DNA from: a virus
IMG/VR virus record: IMGVR_UViG_3300028025_006304
Location: 1 to 64,000 of that record
Strand: one strand, 5' to 3'
Length of the DNA stretch: 64,000 bases
In this document: positions 39,270 through 48,658 of the stretch, in pieces
How positions within the stretch are numbered: position 1 is the stretch's first letter
Layout of the letters: the number at the start of each line of letters is the position of its first letter
Made by a program: the position numbers and the translations under genes
Notes under the pieces: model-generated
Told to the model about the DNA's origin: nothing
Seen by the model: the letters and a program-made list of their open reading frames with translations, nothing else
Databases searched by the model: none

Positions 39270-41159
39270 TTAATCAGTCAAATTAGACTCATCTAATAAC
39301 GATTCTTTAGCTTTATCGCTTTGAAATACTAGTTTCTTGTGAAGACCCTCTAATAATGTTCTATTTTTAGATAATTCGATTTTAGTAGTCTCTAATGCTA
39401 GAGGTGAACCACCTTTAAATTGAGTTCTACCTGTACTTTCTTGGTCGTCGTTTTTCATATCTTTTCTACCTAAACGATCTCTACCCAATGCGTTATCCTG
39501 AGTGTTTATGTTAGATGCTTTTTCTTTAGGGCGACCTAATTCAGCTTTTTCATCATATCCATCAGGTAATGAATTATCAGCATACCTTTCTCTTCCATAT
39601 AAGGAAGCTAGATCGTGTGGTGTTCCGTATGAACGTCCTGTCTCAAGGGGATCATTACCTTCTTCAGCTATTTGAGTATTACGGAATGCGCGTTTTTGGT
39701 CTTGGATGATCAAATCTCGATATTCATCGTATTGGTCCTGGCTGAATTGGAATACGTTATCATAAATCCAATCGGATGGGATGATTTTAGTATCCAACAT
39801 ATCTTTAGCTAGGGCTACTTTTTCTTTTAGTAGTGCAACTTTTTCTTGCTCTGCAATAATTGAAGGAGTAGTTAACTTAAGTTCAAAGTTTGTTAATTGC
39901 TCACCGTCATACCCCTGTGAGTATAGGTGTACTAAAGCAATCTTGTATAGCTCAGATAATAAGATTCGTTGAATACGATCAATAGTGCGAGCAAAACGAA
40001 TATCTTCAGCAGCTAACGTAGCTTTACCAGTTAAGTCTTTTTCATAGCCCATGAACGCTTTAGGTACTTTAAGGGCAGCAAATAGTTTATCTCTTAGGTA
40101 AGCTACGTCTTCGATACCATTGTATTCTAGACCTTTTGTAGTGTCGATTTTAGTTGCAGTATCATTACCTCTTACTGGGATGTAGAAATCCTCAAGTAGG
40201 TTCTGCATGTTGTATTTTAAGTTATATTCACCTGTTTTCTCATCCATCAATGGAGTTTTCTTCATTGTGTTGATAGTTTTCTGCATAAATGCATCAACCT
40301 CTTGTGGTGGGATATTACCTACGTTAATGTAGAAAATACGTTTTTCTGGAGCGCGAGCAATTCTGTGGATAAGCATCGCATCTTCCATTAACACGTATTG
40401 CTTAAATAAGCGACGTCCTGGCTCAAGATATGAACGACCATAAGGAAGATAGTTTACATCTGTTAATAAGCGGAAGTGAGCTACCTCGTAGTTATCAAAT
40501 ACAATCTGATTTTCGGATGGTTTGGTATTTGGAGTAGCATAGTAACCTGAACCACCTGTATAGTAACCATCGGGAGAATAAAGGAACTGAACCTTTGCTG
40601 GGTTTTCCATATCAAAGTTTTCGCGTCTTTGAATATGGTATGCTGTGTATGGGATTACGTTATATACACCAAACTTTTCTGCGATCTCTAGCTTTAAGAA
40701 GAAATCACCATATTTACACATTTGACGAACCCAAGACCAGAGGTTGAATTCAATGTTAAGTACATCGTAGAATAGATTGTAAAGGATTTTTTGAATATCA
40801 TCGTCGCTACTTCTAATTTGAAGTACCTCTCCCATATCGTTTTTTAATGTACATTCATCCGAGATAATATCAAGGGCAGAAGCTACAATAGCGTCTGTAT
40901 CCATCACATCATAATCACTATAAAGATAAGTTCTTAGATACTGGTATTGTATATTAAATTGTGAACCTAAAAGAGATGTAGAGGCTGGGTTAGTGTAGAT
41001 TTTTCCAAATCTGTCTACCAGAGAATTTGTTTGAAATTCACCACTGGTTTGAATATGATCAGTATCAACTACTTTTAGCTGATTGCCTCCTTCATTCCTG
41101 ATGACAACATCAGTTGAAAAGAGTCTTCTTAATCTTGAAAATAAACTAGTATCAGCCAT
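39270..41159 (-). CDS. Portal protein (gp20-like)
   Basis: YGRSYLE, LMEDAMLIHRIARAPEKRIFYINVG, EDFYIP, LKVPKAFM. Confidence 0.95.
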   Translation of the reverse strand: MADTSLFSRLRRLFSTDVVIRNEGGNQLKVVDTDHIQTSGEFQTNSLVDRFGKIYTNPASTSLLGSQFNIQYQYLRTYLYSDYDVMDTDAIVASALDIISDECTLKNDMGEVLQIRSSDDDIQKILYNLFYDVLNIEFNLWSWVRQMCKYGDFFLKLEIAEKFGVYNVIPYTAYHIQRRENFDMENPAKVQFLYSPDGYYTGGSGYYATPNTKPSENQIVFDNYEVAHFRLLTDVNYLPYGRSYLEPGRRLFKQYVLMEDAMLIHRIARAPEKRIFYINVGNIPPQEVDAFMQKTINTMKKTPLMDEKTGEYNLKYNMQNLLEDFYIPVRGNDTATKIDTTKGLEYNGIEDVAYLRDKLFAALKVPKAFMGYEKDLTGKATLAAEDIRFARTIDRIQRILLSELYKIALVHLYSQGYDGEQLTNFELKLTTPSIIAEQEKVALLKEKVALAKDMLDTKIIPSDWIYDNVFQFSQDQYDEYRDLIIQDQKRAFRNTQIAEEGNDPLETGRSYGTPHDLASLYGRERYADNSLPDGYDEKAELGRPKEKASNINTQDNALGRDRLGRKDMKNDDQESTGRTQFKGGSPLALETTKIELSKNRTLLEGLHKKLVFQSDKAKESLLDESNLTD

Positions 41160-41174
41160 TTTTTACTTTATTAT

Positions 41175-41183
41175 TATAAATAT
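41175..41183 (-). promoter_or_regulatory. ATATTTATA late-promoter-like motif
   Basis: Upstream of the portal gene. Confidence 0.6.
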
Positions 41184-42748
41184 TAAAGGAGCCAACGGAG
41201 GTCTTCCTGTTGATTACCTATTTTTTGTGTATAGGGATTTTGGACAGCATTACCTGAATATGCCCCTCCGTGTGATTTTGTCATTCCGTTTAAAGCAGCT
41301 CTAGTCATATCAAGCCCTTGCTGTTGGAATTTAAGTGAGGTATCTCTTAAAAGCATTCCGATACCAAACGACATTACTAAATCATCGTTATATCCACTTT
41401 GTGCCTCTGGTCTACCATTTTTCCAAATGAATACTTTCATTTCCTCTAGTAAACGTTTTGAGTGAATCGTTACAGAACGATCACCAACATATTCTCTAAA
41501 CTTATTTACCACAAGTGGTCTGGTTTTTAGTGACATTGTAAAACCAGGAGTTAAATTGTTACCATTTTCATATCGGTTAAAATACGACTCGGCTGTCACT
41601 AAGTCACTCTTAGGTGACTGGTAGAAGTTCTGATAACCGCGTTCTATAACAGTCTCTATTGTTGCCCAACCTATTGAAGCATTTTCTATTACTAATAAAG
41701 CATTATTGTATTCGGAGGCTAACCCTACTAGAAAATGTCCAAATTCTTTTGGCGATAATTGCCCCTTATATTCTGCAACTTGAGTGTTTGTTTCGATATC
41801 GAGTATGTGGGCAGCAGAAAAGTCTCTACCATCACCTCGAGCCACGTCGGCTACAACCATGTAATCTCGCGAATAATCAGCGGGTTGCCAAACCCATAGG
41901 TTCTTATCTGCCCCGCGTCTTTCAACCGGTTCTTTAACGGTAGTTTGGGCTATAAATTCGATCCATTCGGAATAGAATACCGTTTCTCCTGAGGTACTAA
42001 AATCACAGTCACATTCCTGTGCTGCCATTCTAGGATCACCTAATAATTCATCTTGTTTCTTTCTCCAAGCTTCATCCCTCTCTGGGTGGACATACCATGG
42101 TAACTTGATAGGTAAAAAGTCGTTCTCTGCTGCTTCCGCTTTCACCCACGTCTGGTGAAACCAGTTTCCAGTTCCATAAGGTGTTGAAAGTACTATTGCT
42201 CCACCACCCGTGGCAAGTGTTTGTTGTGCTGATGCCCATGTTTCTGCTACGTTATCGATAAAAGCAGCCTCGTCAATTACTAGCAGAGATACTGCTTCTG
42301 AACGTGCTGCGTCGGTATTAGAGGATTTTGCTTTAACTTGTGATCCGTTTGCTAGTTTTAAACTCAAACGGTTGTTTTCTATTTCTTTTACTTTAAGCCA
42401 GGAAGGTAAGTTATCGTACATGAAACGAACCTTGGTAACCATGTTTTTAGCTGTCTCCTGAGTGGTTGCAAGACACAACACGTTTTTGTCTTTATGGAAG
42501 GTCATTAACCACAAAGAATAGCTAGCAGCTAGAGTTGATATACCTAGCTGCCTGGATTTTAAAACAATAGAGTATGGGTTATCTCTCCATAAATGGAGTA
42601 CCTTTTCCTGGAATGGGAATAGGTTAAAAGTGATCCTACCGCGTTGTGGGTGTTGGATATAACAGTATTTACGCATGAAGTGGCCCGGGTCTTGGGCGCA
42701 CTTAATGTATTCCTGTTGAATTATTTGTCTTAAATCTTGATCACTCAT
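41183..42748 (-). CDS. terL: Terminase large subunit
   Basis: LKSRQLGIST (Walker A), VIDEAAF (Walker B), STPYG, ADVARGDG.D, DDLVMS. Confidence 0.95.
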   Translation of the reverse strand: MSDQDLRQIIQQEYIKCAQDPGHFMRKYCYIQHPQRGRITFNLFPFQEKVLHLWRDNPYSIVLKSRQLGISTLAASYSLWLMTFHKDKNVLCLATTQETAKNMVTKVRFMYDNLPSWLKVKEIENNRLSLKLANGSQVKAKSSNTDAARSEAVSLLVIDEAAFIDNVAETWASAQQTLATGGGAIVLSTPYGTGNWFHQTWVKAEAAENDFLPIKLPWYVHPERDEAWRKKQDELLGDPRMAAQECDCDFSTSGETVFYSEWIEFIAQTTVKEPVERRGADKNLWVWQPADYSRDYMVVADVARGDGRDFSAAHILDIETNTQVAEYKGQLSPKEFGHFLVGLASEYNNALLVIENASIGWATIETVIERGYQNFYQSPKSDLVTAESYFNRYENGNNLTPGFTMSLKTRPLVVNKFREYVGDRSVTIHSKRLLEEMKVFIWKNGRPEAQSGYNDDLVMSFGIGMLLRDTSLKFQQQGLDMTRAALNGMTKSHGGAYSGNAVQNPYTQKIGNQQEDLRWLL

Positions 42749-42752
42749 AACT

Positions 42753-43172
42753 TTATAGTAGGAATATTAGGGTTACCCCTACAATCCCGGTTCCTAAACC
42801 TAACGCTGCCCCTTTCCAGAAATTGGATCCTTTTTCTCGTTTAAGGGCTTGTATTTCATCGTTTTTTAATCGTATTTGTAAATCTTTTTCTTTAACAATT
42901 CCTTTGCAATCATTTAGACGACCAACATTATTTTCATACTCTTGCTCTCTAATGGCCATCAATTTACGAAGGTTTTCAATGTCACGCAAGTAACTTTGCT
43001 TTTCTTGTTGACAAAAATCACCTGTTTCTAGATCAACCATAATCTGGCGAACTATAGATTCAGGAAAGCATATTAACGTATCGCCATTAATGACTGTAAC
43101 GCTTTGAGAAATAGCCGGGAAGCTCATCAGTAGAAAGCTTGCCAAGCTCAGCCATTTTTTTATCGTATTCAT
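42753..43172 (-). CDS. Membrane protein, possible spanin component
   Basis: N-terminal signal-like segment, central coiled coil, hydrophobic C-terminus. Confidence 0.45.
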   Translation of the reverse strand: MNTIKKWLSLASFLLMSFPAISQSVTVINGDTLICFPESIVRQIMVDLETGDFCQQEKQSYLRDIENLRKLMAIREQEYENNVGRLNDCKGIVKEKDLQIRLKNDEIQALKREKGSNFWKGAALGLGTGIVGVTLIFLL

Positions 43173-43443
43173 TTTTTGCTCTTTTACGTCGTTTTTCTTC
43201 TTTGTGAAGTTCTACTAAAACAGAATCTGCTTGTAAACGTAGTTTTACGTTTACTGTTTCTAGAGAGTCGGAATGGTCCTCTAGTTTTTTAATTCTAGTC
43301 TCGCTTTCGATTCGTTGCTGTTTCAATTGTTGTTGAAATGCCTTTTTATATGTGTTGGGCATCATGAACATTTGAAAAAGGATAACCCCCAGCAAAGTGA
43401 TTATCACCAATAGCTGGGGGTTCTTTTTAATTAAAGATAGCAT
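43087..43443 (-). CDS. i-spanin-like protein
   Basis: N-terminal transmembrane segment (LLVIITLLGVILFQMFMM) then a charged coiled coil; overlaps the next gene by 86 nt. Confidence 0.5.
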   Translation of the reverse strand: MLSLIKKNPQLLVIITLLGVILFQMFMMPNTYKKAFQQQLKQQRIESETRIKKLEDHSDSLETVNVKLRLQADSVLVELHKEEKRRKRAKNEYDKKMAELGKLSTDELPGYFSKRYSH

Positions 43444-44252
43444 TATTTTAACTTAGCTATAGCTGCATCAATAGCAGGCTTAGCTTTTGCCCATTCAGCA
43501 GCGTATTGTTCTTGGTCTAATACACGGTTAGCAGCATCTACAATACCTTTGTCTCTTAAACCTTTTAAGAATGCTTTAACCATTTTGGTTTTTTCTTGTT
43601 GGCGTAGTTGAGAGATTTTGCTTTTCTCTACTTTACCACCTGAGCTAGCAAGTGATCTTAGTTCAGCATCAGATGGGCCTTCTTTATCGTCAGCGTAGTA
43701 TTTTCTCTCGTCACCCATTTTGAATGTCTTTTGTGATGCTTTTTTAGCAGCAGCAGACATTTTTGGAGTAGCTGATTTTGGACGACCACGCATTCCTGGT
43801 TCTTTTGGTTCTGCTGCTGGTTTATTTGGGTCTGCTTTTCTACCACGTTGCCCAACTTCTCTTTCGCCTTTTACTAGGTCGATAAATTTATTAAGTTGGT
43901 TATCGAATAGATCATCGTCTGGTCCTAAAGCAGCTTGAACGTCATCGTCGGCTTTAATAGCCTTACGAATATCTTTCTTTTCAGCTTCTTTGTTTTTTTC
44001 AATTACTTTTTCAATTGCGGCTTTTAATTCACCAGCAATTTTAGCCATCTCGTTAAGAGCTTCCTCTTCTTCTAAAGGTTGAATCTTAGCTCCTGCTTTT
44101 GTAAGATCAACTTTTTCTTGACGAGAAAGAGCTTGCACTGCTGTTCCGCCTTTGGGTCCAGTTATTGTGCTTACCTCTTCAGCCTCGTTAAGCTCACTTA
44201 CAATCATTTCACGAATAGCTCTTTTTAATTCAGATATTTTCATCTCTAACAA
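43443..44252 (-). CDS. Hypothetical Lys/Ala-rich protein with leader and LNE sites
   Basis: 269 aa; SELNEA, ALNEMA; RGRK/RGRP basic motifs. Confidence 0.6.
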   Translation of the reverse strand: MLEMKISELKRAIREMIVSELNEAEEVSTITGPKGGTAVQALSRQEKVDLTKAGAKIQPLEEEEALNEMAKIAGELKAAIEKVIEKNKEAEKKDIRKAIKADDDVQAALGPDDDLFDNQLNKFIDLVKGEREVGQRGRKADPNKPAAEPKEPGMRGRPKSATPKMSAAAKKASQKTFKMGDERKYYADDKEGPSDAELRSLASSGGKVEKSKISQLRQQEKTKMVKAFLKGLRDKGIVDAANRVLDQEQYAAEWAKAKPAIDAAIAKLK

Positions 44253-44265
44253 ATTATGATTTTCT

Positions 44266-44274
44266 TATAAATAT
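44266..44274 (-). promoter_or_regulatory. ATATTTATA late-promoter-like motif
   Basis: Upstream of 43443..44252, which leads into the spanin-like and terminase genes. Confidence 0.6.
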
Positions 44275-44807
44275 CACAAAGAAAGTGCCTCTTTAACCTG
44301 TTTAATACGATTTTCAGTAGTTCCTGAGATGCTATGAAAATTTTGCATTCGATGTTTGTTTGACTTAATAAGGTTATTAATTGTAAAATCAATCAAGTTA
44401 CGATATTCAAGATCTGTCTCACGTACACCATTATTTTCCATCTCTACACCTTCAGGAGATACATAGAAAATATGATCATATTCTGAGATAAGATTGCGAG
44501 CAAAATCAGTAAATGCCTCTTTATCAATATAGTTCATTGTTTTAGATGCCATAGCAAACGCCATTACATCAATCACAGTGCGGTCTGTGATAATATTTTC
44601 TTGCATTAGCTCGCCAGAACGTTCAGCCAAAAACACAATTTGACCTTTTAATGTTGAATCAGTATTCAATGGAATACCTAACCCCATCAAATACTTTGAA
44701 CGTTCTGTTCTAAAAGTATAGTTTTTAAATTCAGGCAATTTTTTCAATGCATTTACAAGTGTAGTTTTGCCTACTGATTGGGTACCACAAAGTCCGATAC
44801 GGGCCAT
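44274..44807 (-). CDS. P-loop nucleoside/nucleotide kinase (AAA_28/NadR-kinase-like)
   Basis: GTQSVGKTTL; TDRTVIDVMAF. Confidence 0.7.
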   Translation of the reverse strand: MARIGLCGTQSVGKTTLVNALKKLPEFKNYTFRTERSKYLMGLGIPLNTDSTLKGQIVFLAERSGELMQENIITDRTVIDVMAFAMASKTMNYIDKEAFTDFARNLISEYDHIFYVSPEGVEMENNGVRETDLEYRNLIDFTINNLIKSNKHRMQNFHSISGTTENRIKQVKEALSL

Positions 44808-44813
44808 ATTTTT

Positions 44814-45488
44814 TTAGTTTTTATTTTTATTTCTATTTCCTATTTGATTATTATATCCAAAGGATTTTGCTATTTCTGAGGTTTTGAATAAGGGTTGGGT
44901 GTTGGTGTAATGGAAAGCTTTTTTTTGTTCTTTTTCTTGTGTCAAATCAAATTTAGTACATGCTATAATATGATCAATTTCCCATACTAATCCATAATTC
45001 TCCCAATTCATCTCAGGTAAAAAAAGTTGTTCAAGGTATTGTTTATAAAAATCTAATTCACAACCTAAATATTCTAAGGTTTTTTGGGATTTTTTTCCTT
45101 TTCCTTTTCGTAAAGCTTGATATATTCTATTTCTCATATTAGAGAAGGAAGCATAAAATATATCATTTTTCTTTTTATTGGATATCCAACGATTTATAGA
45201 TAATTGAATTTTTTCTTTATTATTTTTTCTATACTCTACATGATAGTTTGATACTTTATCTTTATTTTGGGTATACCATTGTTTTTGATATTCCAATACT
45301 TGGGTTTTATTTTTTTCTTGATATTGTTTAGTTTTATCTAACAAAATCTCTCTATTATTTTTATACCTTTCAGTATCATAGGATTTTTTACATTCTTTAC
45401 ATTCAAAAACAAAACCATCCTTAGAGTTTTTATTCTTAGAAAATTTAGATAATTCTTTTGTTTCTTTACATTTTTTACATAATTTCAT
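44814..45488 (-). CDS. Free-standing HNH endonuclease (paralog of 31470..32057)
   Basis: CKKC...CKEC; YLGC...NWENYG..WEIDHI...YTNTQPL. Confidence 0.8.
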   Translation of the reverse strand: MKLCKKCKETKELSKFSKNKNSKDGFVFECKECKKSYDTERYKNNREILLDKTKQYQEKNKTQVLEYQKQWYTQNKDKVSNYHVEYRKNNKEKIQLSINRWISNKKKNDIFYASFSNMRNRIYQALRKGKGKKSQKTLEYLGCELDFYKQYLEQLFLPEMNWENYGLVWEIDHIIACTKFDLTQEKEQKKAFHYTNTQPLFKTSEIAKSFGYNNQIGNRNKNKN

Positions 45489-45504
45489 AATAATGTCTTT
45501 TTAT

Positions 45505-45513
45505 TATAAATAT
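45505..45513 (-). promoter_or_regulatory. ATATTTATA late-promoter-like motif
   Basis: Upstream of HNH 44814..45488. Confidence 0.55.
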
Positions 45514-45530
45514 TGTAAAAAAACCTATTT

Positions 45531-45875
45531 TCATACTCTTCCGTAATTATCTTCTAGTCTTACAATATCGTCCTCTCCAAAGTAAGTGCCGGTTTGGACC
45601 TCGATAAAGATACAATCTTCATCACCTGTGTTCCAAATTCGATGTTTAGCTCCTTTTGGAATATATATAGCCTCTCCAGCCTCTCTATTAAAATCATAGT
45701 CGTCAATAGTGATGGTTACTTCACCTTGAATGATTACCCAACGCTCAGAACGGTGGTAATGATATTGGTAAGATAATTTTTCTCCAGGTTTTACAACTAT
45801 CTCCTTGACTTTACATATAGGGGTCTCGTGTAGTACTGTAAATTGACCCCAAGGACGTTCTTCAGTATACTTCAT
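45531..45875 (-). CDS. Cupin, mannose-6-phosphate isomerase type II C-terminal-like
   Basis: ERPWG, LSYQYHYHRSERW, EVQTG.YFGEDDIVRLED.YGR; start moved to MKYTEE. Confidence 0.85.
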   Translation of the reverse strand: MKYTEERPWGQFTVLHETPICKVKEIVVKPGEKLSYQYHYHRSERWVIIQGEVTITIDDYDFNREAGEAIYIPKGAKHRIWNTGDEDCIFIEVQTGTYFGEDDIVRLEDNYGRV

Positions 45876-45876
45876 A

Positions 45877-46149
45877 TTAGAAACGAGTTGTTCCACGCAT
45901 TGATGGGTTCTTGTACCATGGCAAACCTTCACGATCTTTCAATGTTTCTTTCCATTGATCTTTTGTCAGTTTATTACCATACAAGTAATATTCTTCTTTG
46001 TGTTCTGAATCTACCTCGAATGGTTGGATTGCTGGGCCATCCCAGTTATGGTATTTCCAAGCCTCACTACCATTTTCTTGAAACAAGTAGTGTTTAGCAC
46101 CTTTGTTGGTCATAACTCGTTCCTCGTAGATTCGTTGCTTTTTAGACAT
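45877..46149 (-). CDS. Hypothetical protein
   Basis: 90 aa; HNWDGPA...EYYLYG motif. Confidence 0.6.
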   Translation of the reverse strand: MSKKQRIYEERVMTNKGAKHYLFQENGSEAWKYHNWDGPAIQPFEVDSEHKEEYYLYGNKLTKDQWKETLKDREGLPWYKNPSMRGTTRF

Positions 46150-46167
46150 ATATTTTATTTTTCGTGT

Positions 46168-46196
46168 AATATAATAAAAAGAATTAGATAAGTCAA
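46168..46196 (-). promoter_or_regulatory. Host-type promoter candidate
   Basis: TTGACT-17nt-TATATT upstream of 45877..46149. Confidence 0.6.
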
Positions 46197-46199
46197 ATT

Positions 46200-47564
46200 T
46201 TATTTAAAGTGAACATTCTCGTGGAAATCTGGGTAGAGATCTGGGTGGTGATAGTAGTTGAGCATATCCTCTGCTACATAAATTGCTTGGGCACCTGAAA
46301 CTGTTATACCACGAGCACTCAATGCATCACCTACAAAGTGTACATTTGGGAACTTGGTAAGAGACAAGTTGCGGTAGTTTACAAGTGGTTCGGGTGATAG
46401 ATATTTTACCTCGGGAACGTAAATACCCCAATCGTCTTTTAATGTTGGGAATATTTTTTTCATGTCCTGGATAAAATCATCGATGTATTCAAAGTAGCCG
46501 CCAAATGCTTGAACTACTTCTTGTAACCCCATCCAATCAATTTGATGAGCAGATACTTCATTACCTTCAGATGTAGTTGATGGTTTACGAGATGGACTGT
46601 AATACAAACCAGTACTGTTTGCTTGTACTTTAGAAACCAATTCGCGCGACCAAGCAAATGGATCTTCGATACCATTGATCTCCATCAAAATGCCAAAATT
46701 GGTCATATCGTTTCGGTAACGCATATCTTTTTTAGCGTGACCATTGTAACTGTGATCACCATATGTTTCTTCTACAGCAACATAAGCAGCATTGTTATTT
46801 GTACAAAATGAGCGAAGTGAAACACCTTTATCTTCAAATTTGCGATACAACTTAAAGTCGTATGAAACATCGATTAGTTTCTGGAAGTGTTTTTGTGGTG
46901 CTTCAAATCGAACTCCAATTTGTACTGATTTTGGTTCGTCTGGGAGTTCATATTGGTTGGCTAATTCTTGAGCGAAATCGATACCTGATTTACCTACTGC
47001 AAAAATGAGTTCATCATATTTGAAATATCCATCAGGTTGCCCTTCCATTTCTATAAAAACTTGTTGAGTATCAAAGTTAATATCCTCTACTTTAGTTTCC
47101 CACACAAATTTAACACCTTTAGATACTAGATAATTATACCAATTCTTTCCAATCTCAGATAGGTAATCTGTACCTACGTGCCATACAGGAAATAATCGTA
47201 AACCAAAGTATGGTTTAATAAATTCTGGTTCTGTATCTGGATTTGAACATTGTACTTCCTCTGGTTTAGGGTGGAAACGCTTGAAATTAGTGATGACTTG
47301 ATCCATTAATTGCATTGCTTTTTCCTCACCACAATACTTAGATAACTGACCACCAATGGCTGTGTGGTATGTTAATTTACCATCTGACCATCCTCCAGCA
47401 CCTAAAAAACCTGTCATTACCTCTTCAGGTAAGCGGTTATATGGGTCTTTACCCATATCAATGATTGTGATTAGTTCACCAGGATATCCGCTATCAACAA
47501 GTTTAGTTGCAGCGTTAACTCCTGCTACACCTGCACCTACAATTACGATTTTCTTTTCCTTCAT
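46200..47564 (-). CDS. FAD-dependent dehydrogenase (uncharacterised bacterial family)
   Basis: GAGVAG; GFLGAGGWSDGKLT; VGD...ARGITVSG. Confidence 0.8.
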   Translation of the reverse strand: MKEKKIVIVGAGVAGVNAATKLVDSGYPGELITIIDMGKDPYNRLPEEVMTGFLGAGGWSDGKLTYHTAIGGQLSKYCGEEKAMQLMDQVITNFKRFHPKPEEVQCSNPDTEPEFIKPYFGLRLFPVWHVGTDYLSEIGKNWYNYLVSKGVKFVWETKVEDINFDTQQVFIEMEGQPDGYFKYDELIFAVGKSGIDFAQELANQYELPDEPKSVQIGVRFEAPQKHFQKLIDVSYDFKLYRKFEDKGVSLRSFCTNNNAAYVAVEETYGDHSYNGHAKKDMRYRNDMTNFGILMEINGIEDPFAWSRELVSKVQANSTGLYYSPSRKPSTTSEGNEVSAHQIDWMGLQEVVQAFGGYFEYIDDFIQDMKKIFPTLKDDWGIYVPEVKYLSPEPLVNYRNLSLTKFPNVHFVGDALSARGITVSGAQAIYVAEDMLNYYHHPDLYPDFHENVHFK

Positions 47565-47584
47565 ATTTTTATTTGTTACGCGTT

Positions 47585-47631
47585 AAGATAATTAAAGAGA
47601 GCCGGGACTCAAAATTGAGGCCACAGCTCTC
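47585..47631 (-). promoter_or_regulatory. Hairpin/terminator overlapping a promoter candidate
   Basis: GAGAGC...CTCAA-TT-TTGAG...GCTCTC-TTT; TTGAGT-16nt-TATCTT. Confidence 0.5.
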
Positions 47632-47661
47632 TGTAAATTGTTCTAAGCGACTGGCTATGAA

Positions 47662-47934
47662 TCAGTCTAAATGTATTTTGACTTTTAAGGTGTCTTCACC
47701 TTTCCAAGCCCTGTGCCATTTGTGACGCATCATAAATATACGCATTTCGGGTTCAAGGTCAAAAGGTAACTGATCATCAAATTGCAGTTTCCAACCTTTT
47801 CCTACCTCTAGAATCTCTATTGTACGATTCTCATCATCGCGGTGCCAGAGTAGTTCAATCGGATCTATATTATCGTCGAACTCTCTAATAATGTATTGTT
47901 CTGTAACCTCTAAATCTTTATACGGTTTTGTCAT
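47662..47934 (-). CDS. Hypothetical cupin-like protein
   Basis: WHRD...HKWHR; start moved to MTKPY, overlapping the upstream stop. Confidence 0.55.
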   Translation of the reverse strand: MTKPYKDLEVTEQYIIREFDDNIDPIELLWHRDDENRTIEILEVGKGWKLQFDDQLPFDLEPEMRIFMMRHKWHRAWKGEDTLKVKIHLD

Positions 47935-48343
47935 CTGTAAGGGGACCTCCAACAACCCAAGCATCACAAGTCCGAGCTGCTGCACATTTAAATTTTAAGA
48001 ATCTACAATATCCTAATTTACCGGCTTTAATTACATCAAATGGATCTTCGGTACCTTCATCATTACCTATTCCTTTAGCTATACAATCTAATGTTTTAGT
48101 TGTAATATCAAATGCAGCACAGTTACCACAGAGTGATGTTTTAGCTTCTTCTACAGAATCAAGCTTCCACATGTCTACTTTAGCTTGCCAGAATTTGTTA
48201 TTTGGTTCATTAGGATTTAATGGACCATAACCATATTCATTGATTGCCTTTTGTCTGTTTTGAAGGTTAAGTTCAATGTTTTGAGTTGGAGCTGGACATT
48301 TGTTTAGTTCAGCTTCACTTAGTATGTTGACTAGTTTTATCAT
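47918..48343 (-). CDS. Cys-rich hypothetical protein with MIKLVNILSE leader
   Basis: CGNCAAF, GYCRFLKFKC...TCDAW. Confidence 0.65.
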   Translation of the reverse strand: MIKLVNILSEAELNKCPAPTQNIELNLQNRQKAINEYGYGPLNPNEPNNKFWQAKVDMWKLDSVEEAKTSLCGNCAAFDITTKTLDCIAKGIGNDEGTEDPFDVIKAGKLGYCRFLKFKCAAARTCDAWVVGGPLTDDKTV

Positions 48344-48657
48344 TTTTCTCTGATAAGTAATTCACCTAATACCTCTAAACGTCCAACTTCACGTTGAAAT
48401 TCGGTTTGAGTCATTCCTAGTGATATTTTCTTTAGGGTTTGATCAAATTCTTTTTTGGCTGCTTCTTTGTCAAATTTACCTTCAGCTGCTTTTTTATAAT
48501 ATGGGGCTTTTACTTTAAAGTGATGCCATGTTAATAGAGATAAACCGCCTTTTTCTTCAGCGTTTTCAGCAATTTTAGCTGCTCCTTTACCTCGTGTTAC
48601 AGCAAAATCCTCAAATGATTCTTTTGCTTCTTGTAGTATATCTAATAGATTAATCAT
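48340..48657 (-). CDS. Hypothetical protein with MINLLDILQE leader
   Basis: Start moved to the Met just after the upstream stop (48659). Confidence 0.6.
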   Translation of the reverse strand: MINLLDILQEAKESFEDFAVTRGKGAAKIAENAEEKGGLSLLTWHHFKVKAPYYKKAAEGKFDKEAAKKEFDQTLKKISLGMTQTEFQREVGRLEVLGELLIREK

Positions 48658-48658
48658 A

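Noticed and set aside
41183-42748. Intein in terminase (also checked primase and capsid)
   Set aside because: Normal lengths with contiguous motifs; no C...HN[C/S/T] junctions seen
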